DNA of 64,000 nt from Armatimonadetes bacterium CG2_30_59_28 (GCA_001872605.1 MNXM01000306.1:6291-70290), one strand, 5' to 3'; positions 1 to 9,193 are shown, numbered from the stretch's first letter. A program made the numbers and translations. The notes: a model not told the origin generated them from the letters alone.

Positions 1-240
1 ACCGCCCCCGGGATTGAGGTACGCCGTCCTGCGGTGGAGCAACTGCTGACGATGAAGTTGTCGGCGTGGAGAGATGATGTCGATATCTCGGACGCACGGC
101 GGCTTCTCCGGGAGATCCCTCAAGGGCTGACTCGCGAGCAGGTATGGGTCCTGGTGCAGCCGTACCTCATTCCGGGCAGCGAGTTGAAGGCTCAGTATGC
201 GCTTGAGGATCTGTGGGAGTCTGAATATGGTTGCTGTTGA
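1..240 (+). CDS. hypothetical protein, 5'-truncated by window edge
   Basis: ORF track 34..240; the same frame is open back to nt 1 (no in-frame stop), so the gene probably starts upstream of the window. No recognisable motif. Confidence 0.3.
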   Translation, partial: TAPGIEVRRPAVEQLLTMKLSAWRDDVDISDARRLLREIPQGLTREQVWVLVQPYLIPGSELKAQYALEDLWESEYGCC

Positions 241-583
241 GGATATGGCGAAAGCTGCCATTGAGAGGGAGAACCTGACGTTGCGCGTTCTGGCGCAGGA
301 GTTGCTGCGCGAACACCCTCGACTGAGCGACCTCCCTCGGCCGCAAACAGACGACCCACGGCTGCTGTCAGTGGCGGCCGCTTTGGTTGAGTTGTTTGCC
401 ATGCGTCGCCATCAGGACCCACCGGAATGGACCGAAGCCATCGGCCCTTTGACTGAGCCTTTTTTTCTCCTCAACGCTGCAACCAGCATGCGTCGACTGC
501 GTGCTCTTTGTGAAACGCAGTCACCGGAACCATTGCGAAGACGCAGATTGTACGCTCCGCCCAACTTCCTGGAGTTCGCTTGA
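227..583 (+). CDS. hypothetical protein (start uncertain; track ORF 197..583, in-frame Met at 227 and 245)
   Basis: 128-aa ORF overlapping the previous ORF stop; no recognisable domain. Confidence 0.25.
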   Translation: MVAVEDMAKAAIERENLTLRVLAQELLREHPRLSDLPRPQTDDPRLLSVAAALVELFAMRRHQDPPEWTEAIGPLTEPFFLLNAATSMRRLRALCETQSPEPLRRRRLYAPPNFLEFA

Positions 584-1394
584 ATTGCCAAAGATATCCG
601 TCATTACTCCTACCCGCAATGCCGCCCTTGACTTGTCGGAGACGATCGAGAGCGTCGCCTGCCAGAGCTTCACGGACAGGGAATTCATCGTGGTCGACGG
701 CGGATCGACCGACGGTACGGTTGCACTGCTGCAGCAGCATGGATATGTGATCGACCGCTGGATCAGCGAACCGGACGACGGCGTCTACGATGCCATCAAC
801 AAAGGGATTGACCTTTCCACGGGAGAGTGGCTCTACTTCCTCGGGGCGGGAGACGAACTGGCGGATGAGAGCGTGCTGGAAAGAGTGTGGGAATGCGGAA
901 TGCGGAATGCGGAACGCGGAACGCGTCCCGAGGGATCGGGATCTCCACTCCGCTTCGAGAGTGTGGAACGCGGAGTACACCCGCTGTTCCTATACGGGGA
1001 CGTAATCTGGGGCGAGTCGGGGCAGCGTTACGATGGGCGATTCTCCAAGCTGAAACTGTGCCGGCAGAACATCTGCCACCAGGCGATCTTCTACCACCGA
1101 AGTCTTTTCGACCGGTTCGGCAAGTTCGACACACAATACGAGGTTTGCGCGGACTGGGCGTTCAATCTGAGGTGCTTCGCTGACCCGGTGGTCAGGCCCA
1201 CCCGTCTGAGCACCGTCGTGGCGAGGTTCAAGGGGGGCGGTCTGAGCAGCAGCGTACAGGATGAGTTTCTCGCGAATCGGGAAGGTCTCATCCGGGGGTT
1301 GGGGTGGCGGTATTGGGCGCTGTACCGGGTGAAGCAGGCTCTCAAGTTCAGACGCAGAACCTTTCCGCTGAAACCGACGGACGGCCTCGGATGA
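501..1394 (+). CDS. family 2 glycosyltransferase (true start probably TTG ~585, just before the 'ISVITPTRN' motif)
   Basis: N-terminal GT-A signature ISVITPTRN...FIVVDGGSTDGT...DDGVYDA; the 501 start overlaps the upstream ORF. Contains an in-frame heptanucleotide tandem repeat at 891-925. Confidence 0.75.
   Translation: MLFVKRSHRNHCEDADCTLRPTSWSSLELPKISVITPTRNAALDLSETIESVACQSFTDREFIVVDGGSTDGTVALLQQHGYVIDRWISEPDDGVYDAINKGIDLSTGEWLYFLGAGDELADESVLERVWECGMRNAERGTRPEGSGSPLRFESVERGVHPLFLYGDVIWGESGQRYDGRFSKLKLCRQNICHQAIFYHRSLFDRFGKFDTQYEVCADWAFNLRCFADPVVRPTRLSTVVARFKGGGLSSSVQDEFLANREGLIRGLGWRYWALYRVKQALKFRRRTFPLKPTDGLG
891..925. repeat. heptanucleotide tandem repeat (GAAYGCG)x5 inside the GT2 coding sequence
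   Basis: gaatgcg gaatgcg gaatgcg gaacgcg gaacgcg read directly at 891-925; unit length is not a multiple of 3. Confidence 0.9.
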
Positions 1395-2299
1395 AGCTCT
1401 CAATCATCATTATCTCTTTCAATTCGCTTCAGCTTTTGAGAGAGTGCCTGCGATCTCTTTTTGCTGAACCTGTTGACTTCGATTCCGAGGTCATCGTGGT
1501 CGACAACGCTTCATCCGATGGATCAACCGACATGGTTCGTGCGGAGTTCCCCCAAGTGCAACTGCTCGAGAATTCCGAGAACGTGGGGTTCGCAGCCGCA
1601 AACAACATCGGGGCCGGGCGAGCCAGAGGACAGTTACTGCTTCTGCTGAATTCCGACGCGCAACTGACGATGGGTGCGGTGAAGGAGTTGGTCGCCTTCA
1701 TGGAACGTCAACCGGCGGCGGGTGTATCCGGTCCGCGCTTGACCTACCCCGATGGCGCATGGCAGCCCAACGGGCTGGCTTTCCCCACTTTCTGGAGTTG
1801 GCTGGCCGAAGTCAGCGGTCTGACTTCGCAGTCATCTCCCAAGCGACTTGTCCCCACTCCCGTTGATGTCGTATCTGGTGCGTGCATGATGGTCCGCCGT
1901 GCGGCGTGGGAGGCTCTCGGCGGTTTTGACGATGGCTTCTTCTTCTACTGGGAGGATTACGACTTGTGCCGTCGAATTTGGGCACATGGGTGGGAGGTCT
2001 GGTACTGTCCGCAGGCGCACATTGTACATCTCGCTGGAGGCAGCAGCACGCTGGTTCGCTCGATGACTCGCGATGCGGCATCCGAGAGCACGCTTCGCTA
2101 TTTCCGCAAACACCATTCCCGGTGTGTTCTGCTGGCCGTCCTTGCAGTGTTAGTGCTCCGGGAAATCATGAGAATGGGGCAAGGGATGGTGTCGAGACGT
2201 AAGACCCCACGCCACAACCCTTTCGCGCAACTCTTGAGCCGTTTCGCCGCGGTGCAACGTCTCGAAGCGCCTCACCCCAAGAGGGGGCAAGGTGAATGA
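1391..2299 (+). CDS. family 2 glycosyltransferase (rhamnosyltransferase/WbbL-like)
   Basis: MKLSIIIISFN...VIVVDNASSDGS...; ATGA overlap with upstream stop at 1394. The track ORF start (1304) is a spurious 5' extension. Confidence 0.8.
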   Translation: MKLSIIIISFNSLQLLRECLRSLFAEPVDFDSEVIVVDNASSDGSTDMVRAEFPQVQLLENSENVGFAAANNIGAGRARGQLLLLLNSDAQLTMGAVKELVAFMERQPAAGVSGPRLTYPDGAWQPNGLAFPTFWSWLAEVSGLTSQSSPKRLVPTPVDVVSGACMMVRRAAWEALGGFDDGFFFYWEDYDLCRRIWAHGWEVWYCPQAHIVHLAGGSSTLVRSMTRDAASESTLRYFRKHHSRCVLLAVLAVLVLREIMRMGQGMVSRRKTPRHNPFAQLLSRFAAVQRLEAPHPKRGQGE

Positions 2300-3162
2300 G
2301 ACCGCCGGAGCAAATGCCGCTGACGGCGGCCTACGAGGCCGTCTGGCGCAAGCAGAGCGACTCTGCAAGCGTAGAGTGCCTTCTGTCCCGACGCCGAGAG
2401 CATGCCCGCGACTTGCAGACGTTCTATGGCCGGTGCTTGGGCAGACTTTCTACGTCCTGCCCCAAGTGCTTGGAGGTTGCTTGCGGCACGGCAATTCAGT
2501 CCTACTTTCTCGCTGAAATCGATGGTGTGCAAACCGTCGCACTGGACTTGGTTCCCGCGGCGATTCGGTTTGCCATTCAATTTGCTTCTCACCTCCCGAA
2601 CCGCCCCCGGTTTCTCGTTGGAGACGCCGCCCGGCTTCCTTTTGCAGATCACTCGTTTGACCTCGTCTTTAGTTGTGGCTTTCTCGAGCACTTCACCGAC
2701 CCGATGCCGTTCATAGAAGAGCAGATGCGGGTTCTCACGCCGAAAGGTGTGTTGGTTATTGATGTGCCGCAGAAGTTCAATCCATACACGTTCGTTAAGC
2801 GGTCCCTGATCAGAAAAGGTAAGTGGGAGTATGGTTGGGAAACCGAGTACGCATACGGAGAGTTGCGGACCCTCGGACACAAACTCGGCCTGCGCGTGGT
2901 GGGGCGCGTTGGGTATGGCTACAACTTGCGGAGAGACGGGGGCATCGGTCTGTTGCGCTACCTACCCAGACGGATTGCAGAACGGACGCACGCCGGCCCG
3001 TTCGGACCGCTCTTCTCCAGTCTGGCAAGTGTAGCGGACCAGTTGTGGGCCGGTCCTGAGCAGAGGTGGGGGCACTTGTTTCTTGTGTCCATCGCGGTGG
3101 CTTTCCAGCGTCGGTGCGATATTGATGACCGTGTCGCTGCGGATTTGCCATTCATAAAATGA
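2296..3162 (+). CDS. class I SAM-dependent methyltransferase
   Basis: Rossmann SAM-binding motif LEVACGTA...; 'LVFSCGFLEHF'; 4-bp overlap with the upstream GT2. Confidence 0.7.
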   Translation: MRPPEQMPLTAAYEAVWRKQSDSASVECLLSRRREHARDLQTFYGRCLGRLSTSCPKCLEVACGTAIQSYFLAEIDGVQTVALDLVPAAIRFAIQFASHLPNRPRFLVGDAARLPFADHSFDLVFSCGFLEHFTDPMPFIEEQMRVLTPKGVLVIDVPQKFNPYTFVKRSLIRKGKWEYGWETEYAYGELRTLGHKLGLRVVGRVGYGYNLRRDGGIGLLRYLPRRIAERTHAGPFGPLFSSLASVADQLWAGPEQRWGHLFLVSIAVAFQRRCDIDDRVAADLPFIK

Positions 3163-3571
3163 CGCGTTTCTCTGACGCTCACTACCATCGGTCTTGCCCT
3201 GAGGACGCGCAGTACGCTGGAACATACGAAAGACCAGAATGCGATAGGCAACTGGATCATTGATCGGCCCGAAATGAAAGTGCACGACTGCACCGTTTGT
3301 GTCGTTGAGTTGAGCAATTACCATCAGTTCGGCGATGGCCTTATCAGACCCGATCACGAATGTTGCTTGTCTGCGGACGTGGATTGCACGGAGTTCGGGG
3401 TCAAGGGCAATAGGAAAATCCATAGCCCTTACCGAGCACGGCAAGGGCTATGCGACAACGCTCAACCTTAAGTTCATTTCCGTTGTTCACGATCAAAATC
3501 TGGCGGAATCAGCCGGGAATATCGGGCACTGACACGCATCACGCGTCCTTCTACGCAGGCAATAACGGACG

Positions 3572-3580
3572 CCCCCCCCC
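3572..3580. repeat. C9 homopolymer tract in intergenic region (G6 tract follows at 3594-3599)
   Basis: gcccccccccctcgg ... tccgggggga read directly. Confidence 0.9.
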
Positions 3581-3738
3581 TCGGATTCATTCCGGGGGGA
3601 TTTGGAGGATTGGCTGGTAGAAGAAGCGCAGACCTAACAATCCGCTCCTACGAGTCGCACGACCGAAACGAGTTCGGTGGGATTCCTCCGAACAGTTTTC
3701 GGAGCTGAGCGAACAAGCACTATCACAAATCTGACTTG

Positions 3739-3745
3739 CCCCCCC
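3739..3745. repeat. C7 homopolymer tract in intergenic region
   Basis: ctgacttgcccccccgttcc read directly. Confidence 0.9.
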
Positions 3746-3855
3746 GTTCCTCCAAAAATGCGGATTTCGAAGTGCGGAATGAATCGCATCCTTCCACGCT
3801 GGATTTTCGTCTCGCGTGACGCCGACAGGTTGGTATGGATGATTCCTCCCGTCAA

Positions 3856-3884
3856 TTGACCCCCCCGAAACACGTTGCTATAAT
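3856..3884 (+). promoter_or_regulatory. near-consensus sigma-70 promoter TTGACC-17nt-TATAAT for galT; the spacer begins with a C7 tract (3860-3866)
   Basis: ttgacc(3856-3861) cccccgaaacacgttgc tataat(3879-3884); RBS ggagcg ~8 nt before ATG 3924. Confidence 0.65.
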
Positions 3885-3923
3885 GGGCTTGCTTTTATTC
3901 TTGCATATTGGAGCGGGCGTCTC

Positions 3924-4961
3924 ATGCCTGAATTGCGTAAGGACCCGGTGGTGGATCGGTGGGTCATCATCGCCACGGAGCGGGGTCAGCGACCGTACGA
4001 TTTCAATCCGGAGCAGGTTACCGCGGGGACCGGTTTCTGCCCTTTCTGTGAGGGCAATGAGAACAAAACCCCTCCAGAAGTCTGGGCCATTCGCAGCTCG
4101 GGAAGCGCCCCAAACTCGCCCGGATGGCAGATAAGGGTGATCCCCAACAAGTTCCCCGCACTGGCGATCGAGGGAGAGCTCAACCGGCAGGGACTGGGAA
4201 TGTTCGACATGATGAACGGCGTCGGCGCTCACGAGATCATCGTCGAGTCGCCGGACCACGGCTGGAAGGTATCTGATGCCTCTGAAAGCAAGCTGTTCGA
4301 TATATTCCGGAGCTACCGAGAGCGCATTACTGACCTGCAGAAGGACACGCGTTTCCGGTATTGCATGGTCTTCCGCAACTACGGCGCGGCCGCGGGAGCC
4401 TCGCTCGCTCATCCGCATTCGCAACTGATTGCGTTGGCGATTACGCCAAAGCGTGTGAAGGAAGAGCTCCATTCCGCCAAGGAGTGGTACCATGAGAAAG
4501 AGCGGTGCATCTTCTGCGACGTGATTCGACAGGAGTTGGTCATGGGAGACCGGGTTGTTTTGGACAATGAGCATTTCGTCGTTCTTTCACCCTTTGCCGC
4601 TCGATTCCCATTCGAGCTGGCGATATACCCCAAACGCCACTGTCACGATTTCACCTTGATGGGAGACGACGAGAGGCGCAGTCTGGCAGGAACTCTCAGG
4701 GAGACCTTGAAGCGCATTGCGGTTACGTTGCAGGACCCTCCCTACAACTACATTCTGCACACCTGCCCCAATACCACGCATGGAACCGGACCGACGCGCG
4801 TGAACTACTGGCTAACTCTGGAGCACGACTTCCACTGGCACCTTGAGATTGTGCCGAGGTTAACACGAATAGCCGGTTTTGAGTGGGGAACCGGATTCTA
4901 CATCAATCCCGTTGCTCCGGAGAATTCGACTCGATTTCTCCGGGAGGCCGAGCTGGAATGA
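3924..4961 (+). CDS. galT: galactose-1-phosphate uridylyltransferase (type 1 GalT, HIT superfamily)
   Basis: Zinc motif FCPFCEGNE; active-site HPH in 'GASLAHPHSQLIA'; ~345 aa is typical. Confidence 0.8.
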   Translation: MPELRKDPVVDRWVIIATERGQRPYDFNPEQVTAGTGFCPFCEGNENKTPPEVWAIRSSGSAPNSPGWQIRVIPNKFPALAIEGELNRQGLGMFDMMNGVGAHEIIVESPDHGWKVSDASESKLFDIFRSYRERITDLQKDTRFRYCMVFRNYGAAAGASLAHPHSQLIALAITPKRVKEELHSAKEWYHEKERCIFCDVIRQELVMGDRVVLDNEHFVVLSPFAARFPFELAIYPKRHCHDFTLMGDDERRSLAGTLRETLKRIAVTLQDPPYNYILHTCPNTTHGTGPTRVNYWLTLEHDFHWHLEIVPRLTRIAGFEWGTGFYINPVAPENSTRFLREAELE

Positions 4962-5003
4962 ACCGCCTGAGGGACGACAAGACGACTGGCACAGGTTGAC
5001 ATC

Positions 5004-7412
5004 ATGGACAACGCTACGGACTACGTAACAGAACTCGGTGAGAGCGGAATCGATCCCGGGGCTCACGCTCAACTCCTCGACTACCTGAAGCAACTCGAGG
5101 CGAACCTGGAGCGGCGGTCAGAAGAATTATCCGCGTTGCAGCGACGGTACAAGGAGCTTTTCGAGGCGGAGCAAAAGAAAACGCAAGAGCTTGCGATGCT
5201 GGCAGAAATCGGGGAAGGCGCGCTCGCCCATCACAACGTTGACGACTACATCCACGCTGCGGTAACGGCAATGCAACGGAATTTCAACTACTTCGATGTT
5301 GCTCTCTTTCTCGTCGATCAAAGCGCGAACGAGGTGGCGCTTCAGAGTCAGTCCGGCGGGTACTGCAGGGCCGCGCAGGAGGGTTACCGTCAATCCCTTG
5401 ATGTCGGTATCGTCGGCTGGGCGGCCACGACCGGAGAAGCGCTGCTCTCCAACAACGTGAAGGAAGAGCCGCGGTTCTACTGCGCCTTTCCGGAAGAGCA
5501 GCGGACGCAATCCGAGCTGTCGGTGCCGATTAAAATTGGTAACATCGTGAGAGGCGTAATCGATGTCCAAAGCCAGAAAGAGAACGCCTTCGCCTCCCGA
5601 GACGTGAGCGTTCTGCAAACGGTCGCCGACCAGATGGCCACGGCCATCGAGAATGCGCAGTTGTACGAGCAAATGGTGCTTCTAAAAAGATTTAGCGAAA
5701 CGATTGTGGCTTCCTTGCCTTCCGCCGTTTTAGTGGTGGATCGAGAATTGAGGCTTGTGCTCGCGAATCGGATATTCTGTGAGGAGGTGGGATCCGAAGA
5801 AGACGAGATCCGTGGGCAGCCCCTCGAAAGTATTCTCAGCCCCGTTCTGCTGCACGATGCAGGACTGCTGGACGCGATTCGCCAGACCATTGAAAGCGGC
5901 CAACCGCTCTGGCTTGGGGACGTAGCCTACCTTTGTGGAACCGGTGAGGAGTGCGTGGCGGATGTCCGTCTGACCCCGCTCGGGACATCGAATGAGGGCC
6001 GGTTACTGATTACCATCCGTGATGTCACGCAGCGAGCTCGACAGATCGCCCAGTTGTCGTTGTTGCACGACATGGGGGGACTCCTGCAGCGGTCACTGGA
6101 TCGGGATAGGCTGCTCTACACTCTGTTGACTTGTATCACGGCCGGCCCGGCTCTTGGGTTCAACCGGGGTTTTGTGTTGCTGCCGGATGAGCAGGGGGAG
6201 AACCTGCGAGGAGAGATGGCCGTGGGGCCGGTCACGGTTGAGGAGGCGCATCGCATCTGGGCGGAAGTCGGGAAGCGACACCGCGGACTCCAGGACCTCG
6301 TGGAGGCCTTCGCTCCTGAACAGATCGAGATGACGGATATTCAGCGACTGGTTTGCGGGATGCGTTTCTCGTTGAAGGAGTCGCCCTCAGCGATCCTCTC
6401 CCGCGTGATGCGGGAGAGCACAACCTTCAGAGTGGCCACCGACGCGGTGCGGCGTGACCTGTGTTACCCATACGGAGACGTCCTGCGAACGCAGGAGTTT
6501 GCCGCGGCGCCTCTCATTGCAGGGAGCCGAATCCTGGGGGTTGTGCTCGCGGATAATGCTTTCAACCAGGAACCGATTGTGGAAGAGGATCTGAAGCTGC
6601 TGACGACGCTCTGTAACCAGGCCGGTCTCGCTATATCCAACGCCATCGCTCACGCGCAGATTGAGGATCATGCCGATGAACTGGCGAAAGCCTACCAACG
6701 ACTGCGGGAGGCGCACCAGGAGCTTGTGCGGCAGGAGAAACTCGTAACCGTTGGAGAGATGGCAGCACGCGTGAGTCATGAAATCCGCAATCCCCTCGCC
6801 ACCATCGGAGGATTTGCCCGGTCGATGCTCAAGAACCCAGACGACGTAAGTCGCGTTAAGAGCGATGCCAGCATCATCGTCGAAGAGGTTGAGGAGTTGG
6901 AGGGGATCTTGGGGAACATGCTCGACCTAACACGTCCCAGCGGGCCCGCGTGTCGGTTGGAAAACGTTAACTCCATCGTGGAACATGCCTGCCTGATGGC
7001 GCGATCCGACTTCCAGAAATACCCCGTCTCGCTGGTGAAGCAACTGGACGACTACCTGCCGGAAGTCTTTGTGGATGCCCGCCAGATACAGCAGGGGTTG
7101 CTGAATGTTATTCGGAATGGACTCCAGGCGATGCCCGAAGGAGGTGAGTTGACGGTGGCTACGGCGTCCGAGGAAGACGGCGTTGTTGTCAGTATCACGG
7201 ACCATGGCGAGGGAATTCCGCCGGATGTCAGGGACAATATCTTTACTCCGTTCTACACCACCAAGGTGCAGGGAACCGGACTCGGGCTGGCCGTGACCAG
7301 AAAGATTATGGACGATCACCACGGCACTATCGAGGCGCAAAGTGAAGAAGGAGTTGGAACGACGTTCATCCTGAAAGTGCCCTACACGCAACCAGTCGAG
7401 GGAACGCCATAG
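5004..7412 (+). CDS. multidomain sensor histidine kinase (GAF-PAS-GAF-HisKA-HATPase_c)
   Basis: H-box HEIRNPLATIGGFARSM; N box LLNVIRNGLQAM; G boxes DHGEGIP / GTGLGLAVTRKIM. Long N-terminal region with GAF- and PAS-like segments. Confidence 0.85.
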   Translation: MDNATDYVTELGESGIDPGAHAQLLDYLKQLEANLERRSEELSALQRRYKELFEAEQKKTQELAMLAEIGEGALAHHNVDDYIHAAVTAMQRNFNYFDVALFLVDQSANEVALQSQSGGYCRAAQEGYRQSLDVGIVGWAATTGEALLSNNVKEEPRFYCAFPEEQRTQSELSVPIKIGNIVRGVIDVQSQKENAFASRDVSVLQTVADQMATAIENAQLYEQMVLLKRFSETIVASLPSAVLVVDRELRLVLANRIFCEEVGSEEDEIRGQPLESILSPVLLHDAGLLDAIRQTIESGQPLWLGDVAYLCGTGEECVADVRLTPLGTSNEGRLLITIRDVTQRARQIAQLSLLHDMGGLLQRSLDRDRLLYTLLTCITAGPALGFNRGFVLLPDEQGENLRGEMAVGPVTVEEAHRIWAEVGKRHRGLQDLVEAFAPEQIEMTDIQRLVCGMRFSLKESPSAILSRVMRESTTFRVATDAVRRDLCYPYGDVLRTQEFAAAPLIAGSRILGVVLADNAFNQEPIVEEDLKLLTTLCNQAGLAISNAIAHAQIEDHADELAKAYQRLREAHQELVRQEKLVTVGEMAARVSHEIRNPLATIGGFARSMLKNPDDVSRVKSDASIIVEEVEELEGILGNMLDLTRPSGPACRLENVNSIVEHACLMARSDFQKYPVSLVKQLDDYLPEVFVDARQIQQGLLNVIRNGLQAMPEGGELTVATASEEDGVVVSITDHGEGIPPDVRDNIFTPFYTTKVQGTGLGLAVTRKIMDDHHGTIEAQSEEGVGTTFILKVPYTQPVEGTP

Positions 7413-7439
7413 AACTGCGGCTCAAGAGAGCGACCGTCC

Positions 7440-7868
7440 ATGCAATGGAGTGGAAGACGGGTGGGAGACACATACTTCAAGGGAGATGATGCTACCGTGA
7501 AGACAGTTCTGGTGGTCGAGGACCACAAGCACGAGCGTATCCTGTATGAACGTGAGTTGACAGCAGAGGGTTACCGCGTGATTCTGGCTGAGAACGGGAG
7601 GGAAGCGCTCCAAAAGACCCAGGAAGAGCGACCGGATGCGGTGGTGCTGGACATCAACATGCCTCAGATGGATGGTCTTGAGGCGCTGGGAAGGATCCTG
7701 GAAGCGCACCACAAGACACCGGTAATCATCAACACGGCCTACTCCAGCTACAAAGGAAGCTTCATGAGCTGGGCCGCCGACGCTTACGTTATCAAGTCCT
7801 CGGATTTGACCGAGTTGAAGGATCGACTCAGAGAGGCCCTGTCCAGAGGCGAAACGGAAGGTGTGTGA
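7440..7868 (+). CDS. single-domain response regulator (CheY-like receiver); likely GTG start ~7497 with GGGAGA RBS
   Basis: VKTVLVVEDHKHER...DAVVLDINMPQMDGLE...; phospho-acceptor Asp context; no output domain. Confidence 0.8.
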   Translation: MQWSGRRVGDTYFKGDDATVKTVLVVEDHKHERILYERELTAEGYRVILAENGREALQKTQEERPDAVVLDINMPQMDGLEALGRILEAHHKTPVIINTAYSSYKGSFMSWAADAYVIKSSDLTELKDRLREALSRGETEGV

Positions 7869-9123
7869 TTTATTGGCCCCAGTGAGCACACGTCAGTTAC
7901 TCAAAGAAACCATAGCGATGGTTCTGGCAGGTGGGCAGGGCGAACGTCTCCATCCTCTGACAAAAGACCGCGCCAAACCCGCGGTGCCTTTTGGGGGCAT
8001 CTATCGTCTCATCGACTTCACTCTGTCAAACTGCCTCAATTCCGGTATCCGCAAGATCAACGTTCTAACGCAATACAAGTCCTACTCGCTGGCGCGCCAC
8101 TTGAGGATGGGATGGAGTGTCTTCAACAGCGAGCTGAACGAATTCCTGGAGGTGATCCCTCCGCAGCAGCGTTACACCGAGCGCTGGTATCAGGGAACAG
8201 CCGACGCGATTTTTCAGAATATTTACTCACTGGAATTGGAACGTCCCCGGCTCGTGCTGATTCTTTCGGGGGACCACATCTACAAGATGGACTATCGGGA
8301 GTTGATCCGCGCCCATCGAGACAAGGAAGCAGGATTGACCGTCGCGTGCGTGGAGGCCCCGGTGAACGACGCGCGCAGGTTGGGTGTGGCCCAGGTGGAC
8401 AACGACAGTCGCATTACCGGCTTCCAGGAGAAGCCCCTCAACCCGCAGCCTATGCCAGGCGACCCCGAGCATTGTCTCGCCTCGATGGGTGTGTACCTCT
8501 TTGACTGCGGGGTGCTTGTGCAGCGCGTGATCGAGGATATGAAAACCGACAGCGACCACGACTTCGGGAAGAACATCATCCCTCGAATGATTGAGACCGA
8601 TCGTGTCTACGCATGGAACTTTAAAGACGAGAACCGAAAGACCGTCAAGTACTGGAGGGACATTGGCACGCTGGACAGCTATTACGACGCCAACATGGAT
8701 CTGGTGCAGATCGACCCGCTCTTCAATTTGTATGACGAGGGGTGGCCGGTCCGCACGTACCAGCATCAGCGTCCTCCGGCCAAGACGGCCTTCGAGGAAC
8801 CGGGCACAGGCAGGACGGGAAACGTGTTCAACTCAATCATGTCGAGCGGTTGCATTGTTTCGGGTGCGACGGTTCGTCGCTCCATCCTTTCGCCCAGCGT
8901 GTTTGTTCATAGCTACGCAACCATTGAGGACTCCATTCTGATGGAGAATGTGGAGGTTCATCGTCATGCCCGCATCCGACGCGCCATTATTGACAAGCAA
9001 GTCGCCATCCCCGAGGAAGAGGAGATCGGGTACAACTCCGACATCGACAGGAAGCGTTTTACCGTCACCGAGTCCGGTCTTGTCGTCATTCCCAAGGGCA
9101 TGTCGTTGAGGAACACTCCGTGA
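7861..9123 (+). CDS. glgC: glucose-1-phosphate adenylyltransferase (ADP-glucose pyrophosphorylase)
   Basis: MVLAGGQGERLHPLTKDRAKPAVPFGGIYRLIDFTLSNCLNSGI closely matches the GlgC N-terminus. Alternative start at 7918. Confidence 0.85.
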   Translation: MCDLLAPVSTRQLLKETIAMVLAGGQGERLHPLTKDRAKPAVPFGGIYRLIDFTLSNCLNSGIRKINVLTQYKSYSLARHLRMGWSVFNSELNEFLEVIPPQQRYTERWYQGTADAIFQNIYSLELERPRLVLILSGDHIYKMDYRELIRAHRDKEAGLTVACVEAPVNDARRLGVAQVDNDSRITGFQEKPLNPQPMPGDPEHCLASMGVYLFDCGVLVQRVIEDMKTDSDHDFGKNIIPRMIETDRVYAWNFKDENRKTVKYWRDIGTLDSYYDANMDLVQIDPLFNLYDEGWPVRTYQHQRPPAKTAFEEPGTGRTGNVFNSIMSSGCIVSGATVRRSILSPSVFVHSYATIEDSILMENVEVHRHARIRRAIIDKQVAIPEEEEIGYNSDIDRKRFTVTESGLVVIPKGMSLRNTP

Positions 9124-9193
9124 CACCCCTCCTGACGCACTCGGAGCTCTGCCCTGATTCATAGCTACGGCGCAGTATTGACACGTTTCCCGC

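Noticed and set aside
34-583. Possible toxin-antitoxin or HEPN/MNT pair for the two small overlapping ORFs at the 5' edge
   Set aside because: No Rx4-6H HEPN motif or nucleotidyltransferase GSx9-13DxD motif found. The first ORF is truncated by the window, so no call.
796-1403. Antisense ORFs (796..1134-, 990..1403-, 1091..1345-) and many similar 60-200-aa ORFs on the opposite strand of confident genes throughout
   Set aside because: Shadow ORFs expected in >60% GC DNA. Arg/Pro/Gly-rich with no motifs, each fully contained in a better-supported gene.
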